Shown here: piece by piece, positions 9,351 through 18,300 of the stretch
Layout: the number at the start of each line of letters is the position of its first letter
Position numbering within the stretch: the first letter of the stretch is position 1
The notes under the pieces: model-generated
What the model saw: only the letters and a program-made list of their open reading frames with translations
The model's database searches: none
What the model was told of the DNA's origin: nothing
Assembly: GCA_020853295.1 (NCBI GenBank)
Contig: JADYZD010000234.1
Span: forward strand, 1-49,968
From: Bacteroidia bacterium
GTDB taxonomy: Bacteria; Bacteroidota; Bacteroidia; NS11-12g; UBA955
Length of the DNA stretch: 49,968 nt
Reading direction: 5' to 3'
Translations under genes and position numbers: made by a program

Positions 9351-12300
9351 TTGACCCCCGTTAAAACCAATAACGCCGATTCCAAATCTCAATCCTTGAG
9401 AATACAGCCCAAACTCACAGTTGGGGCTGCCAATTCGCCCGAGGAAAAGGAAGCAGATATGGTGGCCGAAAAGGTAATGCGCATGCCTTCTTCGGCCGGT
9501 TTTGGGGGTATGGCGGGCAATCCCAATCAATTGGAGAATATGAAGGTGGGCGAATCGGGAGGAACAGGCGCTGCACAGCGACTGGCCAGGAAGGTTCACA
9601 AACCCAAAATTGAGAGAAAATGTGCCAGTTGCGGGGGCAATCAAGAAAAAAGGCCTCAAATACAACGCAAAAGTCAAGAGGTAAAAATTCAGAAACAATG
9701 TGCCCGTTGCGCACAAGAAGAGAAAAAAATACAACGCATATCTTCTAAAAGCCCGCCGGCACAGGGAGACAAAAGTGAAAATACTCAAGATTCAAATGCA
9801 AATACTTCGGAAGGACATTCTGGAGGTGGCACTGTATTGACCGGTGCTATTCAGCGCAAATGTGAATCCTGCGAGAATAAGAATAATGACACCCTAGGCC
9901 ACACTGAGAACACAAATATTTTAGTACAGCGCACTAGCCATGCGGGCGCTGAAGAAAGCCAAGCATCTGCTGAAATTAGTGATGCTATTGTAAAAACCAA
10001 TGGTGGAGGGAAATCCTTACCTACCGCTATACATCAAGACTTAGGAAATAAAATTGGGGCTGATTTTTCTCAAGTAAAAATACATGAGGGAAGTGATGCA
10101 GCTCAGCTCAGCAATAAATTAGGTGCCAGGGCTTTTACCACTGGCAATAATATTTACTTTAACACCGGAGAATACAATCCAGAATCCGCAACAGGCAAGC
10201 AATTACTGGCCCATGAACTTACCCATGTTGTGCAGCAAGGTGCCGCCGGACCTTCGGTACAGCGCAAATCAGATGAAACCATCATCCAACGGAATGCATT
10301 TACCAATGCTGCTTCAGCAGTATGGGACCATACAGGAGGTGCATTGGTCAACGCAGGAGAATCGGCAATTGAAACAGGTGTAGAGCTTGCTGGCGATGCC
10401 ACTGAATGGGCAGGTGAACAAATGGAATCTGTCGTTAATTCTCTAGCTCCTGGACTCTTAGAATTTTTGAGGGGGGATATCATTGAAAACGTACGCCAAA
10501 AAATTATCACTGGTGTAGATTCTATAACCGGTGGATTGTTTAGCGCAATTGAGACACAGGGATTTGCTGAGGTGATTGGTGATTTGCTTAGTGCTGGCTT
10601 TAGCTCAGCTACAGGTGCTATGGCAGAGAACTGTGCAGCCATTGCCAATGCAGCCCGCAAACTTTGGGATTTTATAAAAACATTAACTGGCCCTGCATTG
10701 CAAAGATTTAGGGCTTTCTTAAGCAATATTAGCAATTTCCTTTCTGGTATCTGGAATGATTATGCACTGCCTGCCTGGGATGCCATTAAGAAATTCGCTG
10801 GTGATGCCTGGGACTGGGTTGTTGAAAAGGCAAACTGGTTATGGGATCTTACTGCCCCAATCCGCAATACAGCAGAAAGAGCCTGGAACTGGATAAAAGA
10901 GATGTTTGGGATTGCATGGGGCAGTGCCACATCTGCTTTTGATTGGTTAAAAGCCAAAGCTATAGCAGCCTGGAATCGCGTAAATGCCCTAATTCAGCCC
11001 TATTTAGGCCCTCTAAAAGTAATTGCCGCTATACTGGTATTGCTTAGCCCTGCTGGCCCGTTTGTGGTAGCATATGTGGCACTGCCGCATGTTTGGAATG
11101 CCATTAAATGGGTGGCTGAGAATTTTAATACACATGTAATTTTAAGGGTCAAACAATTCTTCCACGACGAGGTGTTGCCTATACTTCAAAGTGGGATGAA
11201 TATGGTAAGTGGTATGATTAACTCTGCCATCACTTGGCTCAGCAGTATCTTTACAATGCTGGGTGTCCAAATTACCCGGATGCTGGGTATGGTGCGGCAA
11301 CTTCGATTGTTCCAATTAATCAGTTCCGGGATTACCCGCATTTGCAATGGCATTCAAACTGGGGTAAGGTATGTTACCTTAACAGCAAATAACTTACGAA
11401 CTAAAGTTTCAACGTTTGTTACCAATGTATGGCGCAAACTGGCGCCCTTCCGTGAATTCCTAAGGCAGATTATATTATTGTCCACCATAGGTCCATATGC
11501 CATATTTGATGATGGTGTTTGGGGAAGCATTACCTATATCGTAAATCTGGCAGGGACGATTCCGTGCATTAAAGAAATTACGGAATTGCTCAATTTCCAA
11601 GGTTGGATTCGCCATATTGGAAATATGCGTACCCAATTATTTGATTTATGGCACCTGATTACCCATCCTGATTTAATCGAAGAAAGGGCTAGAAATTTCC
11701 TTGAACCTTTCATGCAAAATGTGGGCGGTGAATCAGAAACCCGACTTAGGGCAGCATTGGGTCGTTTTGGTATAACAAGTGCACGGCATATTGCAGGTAT
11801 TCTTAAATACCTCAATCAATCCATAGCCCATTTAATGGCAAATTGGTGGGAGGAAATAAAGAAAATGGTTTGGTTCCTTATTTGGCCATTTGGTGAAGGA
11901 AGTCCGTTATATGAAGATGGAGCAAAACTTTGGAATTTGGTACCTCAAATGTGGAATGACTTGTGGGCCGGCAATTTCAGAGGGGTTCGAGATGGTTTAT
12001 TAGAATGGTGGCAAGCAGCCAATATGGTGGTAGGCTTATTTGCTGGATGGGCTGCAATAGGTGGCGCACTAGTTGGCGCCATTCTAGGTGCCATTTTTGG
12101 AATGGGTGGCGGCGCAATTCCTGGTGCTGGGGCTGGCTTTGAGATTGGTGTTATGTTGGGAGAAGGTGTAATGGTTTCCATGCTTGCAGCTGAAACCAGT
12201 ATTATCGCAGTATCTATTTACGATCTAATAACGGTAAGTGGTGAAAGTCCAAGAGGTCCGCCACCTGCAGCAGAGGCCGCACCAGAAGCACCAGCAGAAA

Positions 12301-15300
12301 GACGCGTTGAAGGTGCAGGATCGAGTGGTGTAGCCCCGCCATTACATAGTGGCGATATACGAACAGAGGCAGATATTATTGAGTATGCATACCAGCGAAT
12401 TGCAAACAGTGCCATATCACTTGGTATTATGGGTGCATTGTTCCTTTTGGGTGCTATTGGAGGCGAAATTGCTGGTGCGCTATGCAGTGGCTTTAAGGCT
12501 GTGGGTGAAGCTTTGGCAGAAAGATTTCCAAATGTAGCCAGGGCTGTAGCAGAATTGGGCGAGTCTGTTAAAACCAGTCGATTGGGAGAAGCTGCTACTG
12601 AATTTGGAGAAGGTAGAACCAGTGTTCGAAATGCATGGGATGATTTTAGGGGTCGTGGACCTGAAAATCGTGGTCCACCAGGTGAAAGAACAACAGAATC
12701 GGAACGCCCACCAACAACGGAGCCTGAAACTACCCGTCCACCAGAAAGAACTGGCCCTGAGGGCGAAAGGCCGGGAGAAACCCGACCAGGTGGAGAACGC
12801 CCATCGGCACCGGATGGCAGTGCAGTAATGGATGAAGTGCGCTGTCCAAATGGTCACCGTGCATCAATAAGAGAAGATGGTCGAATCATAGTTTGCGCTT
12901 CTCCTTGTGAACCAATTAGGACCAAATATTCAGCTGAACTAGAGGCCAATCGTGCATTCGACAGATCAATATCGTCGTTGGAATCCCGCTTTGACGACCT
13001 ATCCAACCGCAGGGCAACAATGGAACCAGCGGAATACACCCGACAGTTGCAAGCACTAGAAGCGGAATTACGTGGAATGGAGGGCGCACTTTCAGACCTA
13101 AAATCTTTGCGTGAAACTACATCTATTGACCCTGCTGCGGTAAGGGAACCACCTTCACCAGGATCACCCGGTTCAGATGAACATCGCACTGCAAGGTGGA
13201 ATGAATATGTAGAACGAACCACAGAAGGAACTCGTTGGTCACCAGAACGTTGGGAAAACCAATACAGAATAAATATGGAACAAGCACGGAGAGGCAATGC
13301 CGCGGCCGATGCTTATTGGAGAGATGAAGTGGGCTGGGGCCGCCGAGAAGTATATCCAAGAGAAGATCCTTCCCGTCGTTTGGATATTGCCGACCCGACT
13401 TCTATACCACCAAGAGCTATAGAATATAAAACAGGTTATACTACAGCCAGTGTAGATATCATGTCAGAAGTTACTAGAGATGCTAACCTGGTTCGTCAGG
13501 GATGGGATATAACATGGGTATTTGAAGGAAAAGCCAGTGCACCTTTGCTTGATGCCTTAACAAGTAGAAATATTAAATTTAGTTTTAACCCACCAAGAAC
13601 CAGCGCACCTCCAATCACTCCTAAGCTCATTGTAGGCGGAGTAAACTCACCTGAAGAACGGGAAGCAGATGCTGTTGCAGAAAGGGTTGCCCGTATGCCT
13701 TCCGAAGGACTGGTGCAGCGCAAAGGTGGTGATGCAATGGCACGCAACCAAAACAGCAAATTACACCTCAGTAGAGGAGACAAAAGACTAAATACCAAAT
13801 GTGCTGATTGTGCAGCAGCTGAGAATAAAAATGAAGGAGATAGAAGCCAAAATACTTGTGCAAAATGCACTGGTGAAGCTGATAACAAATTAGGACAAGA
13901 AAAATTACAACAACCGGATTCTCTTGCCAATAAAATCCAGCGTTCACCCGCATCTCAAAAAGAAGAATCAACCGCATCGGATGAGGTGAGCCATAAAATA
14001 AAAAACAGCAGCAATGGTGGTTCTAATCTACCAGGCACAGTGGCAGCAGATTTTGGCGAAAAAATAGGAGCCGACTTTTCCAATGTGCGCATACATACCG
14101 ATAGCACTGCGGCCGATTTAAATAAACAACTCGGAGCCCGTGCGTTTGCCACTGGAAATAGCATTTATTTTAATAACGGGGAATACAATCCCAATTCTGG
14201 AGAGGGCAAAAAACTATTAGCTCATGAACTTACCCATGTTGTACAACAAGGCAATGCCAAAGAAAGTGTAAATCGCCAAGAAGCAGCTCCGGCTCGTGCT
14301 CCAACTACTGAGGAATTGGCACAGCGATTAATTGATAATCCGGGTGAATTATGCAGCTTGCTCAACCCACCTTCATCCGATTCCAACAATTGTACCGCAG
14401 TCGCTGCAGCTGTAGACAGTTATTTACATTCCGGTAGATTAGAAGCAGCGGTAACTGGAGATGGATTAACCGAATATCACTTTTCGGGTACTTTGGGCTC
14501 AGAGGTACATTTAAGAGGGGTAATTAATTCAGTACCACGTTCTGGAGATGTGAGGGTGATTATGGGTATGCGCACACCTGAGGATATTGCAGCATATGCT
14601 GAATCTCATAATGGATTTATGCTAACCAATCAACACTGGTTTGTTGCAGTAAGGGTGAGAAGAACAGTTTATTTTATAGATTGTGGCAGCCATAGAATTG
14701 CCACTTCCGAACTTTCACATTATGCCAATTATCAGCGTCTTTCTTCTTTCCGAATTTTATCTGGTTCATCTGCTGTAACCCCTGTAGATCCCATGGCTGG
14801 TCCTGGTTTTGATATCCCAGGAATAGACCGAAAACCTGCACCGGGAAAAACAGAAAATCCATTAGAAAAAGAAAATGAAAATGTACCACAAAATGCAATA
14901 AAACAACCCGCGGCCACTGCTCAAATCCAGCGAGCACCTGAGCCTGAACCAGCAACCCAAACATCCAGTGTAGCTATAGATTTTATTCCAACTTGCACGC
15001 GAAAATTAGACATTAGTGGTTTGTATTTATTCCCTTCTTCACAGGCCACTTTCCAACCAGGTTCAAAACAGGTACAACTGGTTCGGATATTTTTGAATAA
15101 TATTTTAGGTGAACAATATTCCGAGGATTTGGTTGAACCAATGAGTTCAATTATTCTCAATAAATCCTTTATAAAAAGTGGTCAGTTTGCCGAAAATGAT
15201 GACTCATATGAAGGTCAAAAAATTGATAATATTTTCATAGCAATTGAGCCTTTAGATACTATTTATAAAGAGCTTGAGAAAAGGAATATTCAACCCAATT

Positions 15301-18300
15301 TTACACCAGAAGAATACGACCAATTATTCGAAGCTTTTATGGCAAAAGAGTTTTGGTACGACTTCGTGCGTATGGCAAAACTCGAAGATTTCAAACTACC
15401 AAACTGGTTAAATAAAAACATTTTCGACTCCATTGTTGCATTAAAACCCGAAATACTAGGTGCATATATTCCGGCATATCAGCAGTTTTTACAGGATGCA
15501 ACAGAAAACAATAAAGCAGCCTTTATGGAAATGGTTCAAATGCTGTTTTATTCCATATTGGAAATTCTCATGGCCATGGAAGCCATTAGAAGTGATACCT
15601 CACTCAACACTATTGAATCTACAAAATTGGCTTACCAAAGCATATGGTATATGCCACAGGATAAACCAGAAATAACAGAACCACTTGGAGTGTACCACAC
15701 CAATGTATTTATTTCTTTTATCAAATTTGCAGCGAAATATCCTACAGAATTTAAAGATGCGGAAACCGCAAATGATGCTCGGATAAAACTGCTTACTGAA
15801 TTTCAGAAATCAGAGGACTTCAAAACCTCTAATCCTGCAATATTCCCCCCATTCCCTGCTTTTATGGTAATGGCTGGAATGACAAATGGTTTTGAAACCA
15901 TAAAATCCGCATCAGGTTTATTCAGAATGGTTGTGAATTCCGATTCAATGTTTGGTGCAGGAATTCATGGCGTAACCGTTGCTATGAAACGCGACATGCT
16001 CTACAGCTGGAAGGTATATCAAATGCCAGATTCGCTGAAAGCAATCACAAAATCAAATGGAAATGATTTTAATAAAACAATAAAAGAAACCGATACTTAT
16101 GTTAAAAATTCTGCCGCCAATTTAGGTACTCCAGTTAAAACGGCTTCTACCGGACAAACTGCAGAGTGGAATATGGGAATGGGTGGTTATGATTTGGGCA
16201 ATTATATCATTACCGGCACCGTTCAACCGATATATGAAGCAGACTTGAATTGGATGCAAGAACCGAGCATTGCCGGACATCCATTCTCTTTAGTTACACC
16301 TGAATTTATTGCCGATAAATATGTAAATCAGGAAGAAAATTCATTGGCCGAATTAGAGGAACAAAAGAAAAATGCAGAAGGCGAAGACCTTGAAGCCATT
16401 AATAAACAAATTGCCGATTTAAAAGAAAGACAATCTCTCAAATATTCCGACATTGCCAGCCGCGATATTAATGATACCACCAAATTATTAGACCAAGCAA
16501 CCCGATTAAAAAATTACCTGCAAAATGACGTAAAAGATGAACCTATAAAACCTGGTGAAAAATCCATCAATCCATTTGATGTAAGATTGTATCAATACAA
16601 TGCAGATTTATATAAACTGTTCTTAATGATCAGTGAAAATTATAACCTGCGAGTTATGACAAAAGTAGAGGCGGTAGAGAAATTTATTGCGGTAGTACAA
16701 TCACAATTAGATGAACTTACCCGCCTGTATAAACGCAGTGTAGACGCGGAAAGCCGATTCTTGCCGGGCTATGAACCTTCTAGAATAATTGCCGGCCTAG
16801 TAAATGAAGACGATGGCAACATGATTCCACTTTTACTCGAAGTAGGATTGCACCCCGATTCAGATCCGGAAATGGGTTATTACAAAATGAAAATTGTGGA
16901 TGTTTCGGTGGATTCTCCTAAAAAAGATTCAATGGTTTATGTAGGTGAATCTTATTTTGTAAAATCGGCGGTAAAAGGAAATGAGGCAGAAACATTGGGT
17001 TATTCAATGCTCGCTAATCATGCAAGTTCAGTAACTGAAGCCGAAACTGCAGGCATTAAAAGTGCCATGGCTAAATTTGGAGGATACAACCCATATGCCC
17101 TTGGATTCATTAAATACAAAGCCCCCAAATATGGAATTACAGATAGCGTTCAATCAATTACAACCAATTTCGAATATTTTGAAAAAATTGTAGCTGTTTT
17201 AGGCATTATTGTTTTAATAGCTGGAGTTGTGGCCAGCATGGGAACACTTACCCCAGCTGCCGCCGCTGTGGTTACAGGACTGGGTATTGCTGTAGGTGTG
17301 GCGGGGGCTGTTTTGGCCGGTATTAATATTGCTGACCGAGTCGAAAAGGGCACCTTCGAATGGGATTTTCAAACCGCCATAGATATTATTTCTATTGTGG
17401 GAGCCGTGGCTATGGTTGCGGGCTCGGTGCGTTCTATTTCCATTGCCCTTTCGGGTGCAAGTAAAGTTACCAAAATGATGCAAATGCAGAAATTGGCTAA
17501 AATTATGTATATCTACGATGTTGCTGATTTCACTACCAATTCCATATTAATTGCCGGTAAATTTTATGAAGATGTACGTGCAATTAAAGCCTTGAAATTG
17601 CCCAAAGACAAGGAAGATGAACTTATAGCCTCAGCAACTTATGAAGCCATGCAACAAGGTGCAATGATGTCGGTAGCCATGCATGGAATTGGCAAACAAG
17701 GTTTTGAATTTTATAAGGCAAAAGTAGAAAATACCAATTATCAATCCTGGATGGATAAAGGGTGGATTGAACATGGCGAAGATGGGGTTTATAAAGTATC
17801 GGCAAATGCCCCTCCTTTTATTCACGATGCCTTGGCGCAAAAAGGAATATCGGGTAATGGAAAGGCAATAGATGAATCTACTTTAGAAGGTTTATATGGC
17901 AGTGTTGCAAGCACCAAAAGTACAGATAATGAAAGCACACTCTCATATACAAACGGTGATCGCGTAATGGTATGTGCCACCAATTGCGAACCCATTCAAA
18001 GTAAATATGCCGATGTATTGGCTGCACACCCAGAGCTTGAAACCCGACTCACTGAAATAGAAAAACAATTAAAATTTGCATCTGAAAATAACAATGAAGA
18101 AATAAAAAATGAAGCACTTAGTGCGTTGCAACATTTAGAAGGTGAAATTAGAATCACAAAAGAAAAAAATACACCTAAAACTCCTGACACACCCGATACA
18201 CCAACTCCTGTATCAGACACCTCCCCTGCACCAGAACCCACTGCAGGCAAAGCAACTGACACAGCCCCTGTTCCCCCTGATAAATCAGCTACGACTGAGC

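Noticed and set aside
9303-9788. 161-aa minus-strand ORF spanning the ATPase-effector intergenic region
   Set aside because: It is antisense to the conserved leader/CxxC region of the effector. The hydrophobic, low-complexity product is most likely spurious.
13575-13640. Possibility that the module 1/module 2 junction hides a stop codon or frameshift (two genes mis-joined)
   Set aside because: As given, the sequence is continuously in frame, with no stop or ATG near the junction, so I report a fusion. A sequencing error cannot be excluded without reads. It is kept as a check under the main finding rather than called a pseudogene.
10154-13930. Several 140-190-aa minus-strand ORFs (10154..10735, 12854..13297, 13496..13930) and short plus-strand out-of-frame ORFs within the effector gene
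   Set aside because: All are fully nested in a strongly supported coding frame with recognisable domains. Their translations are low-complexity and show no independent signals.
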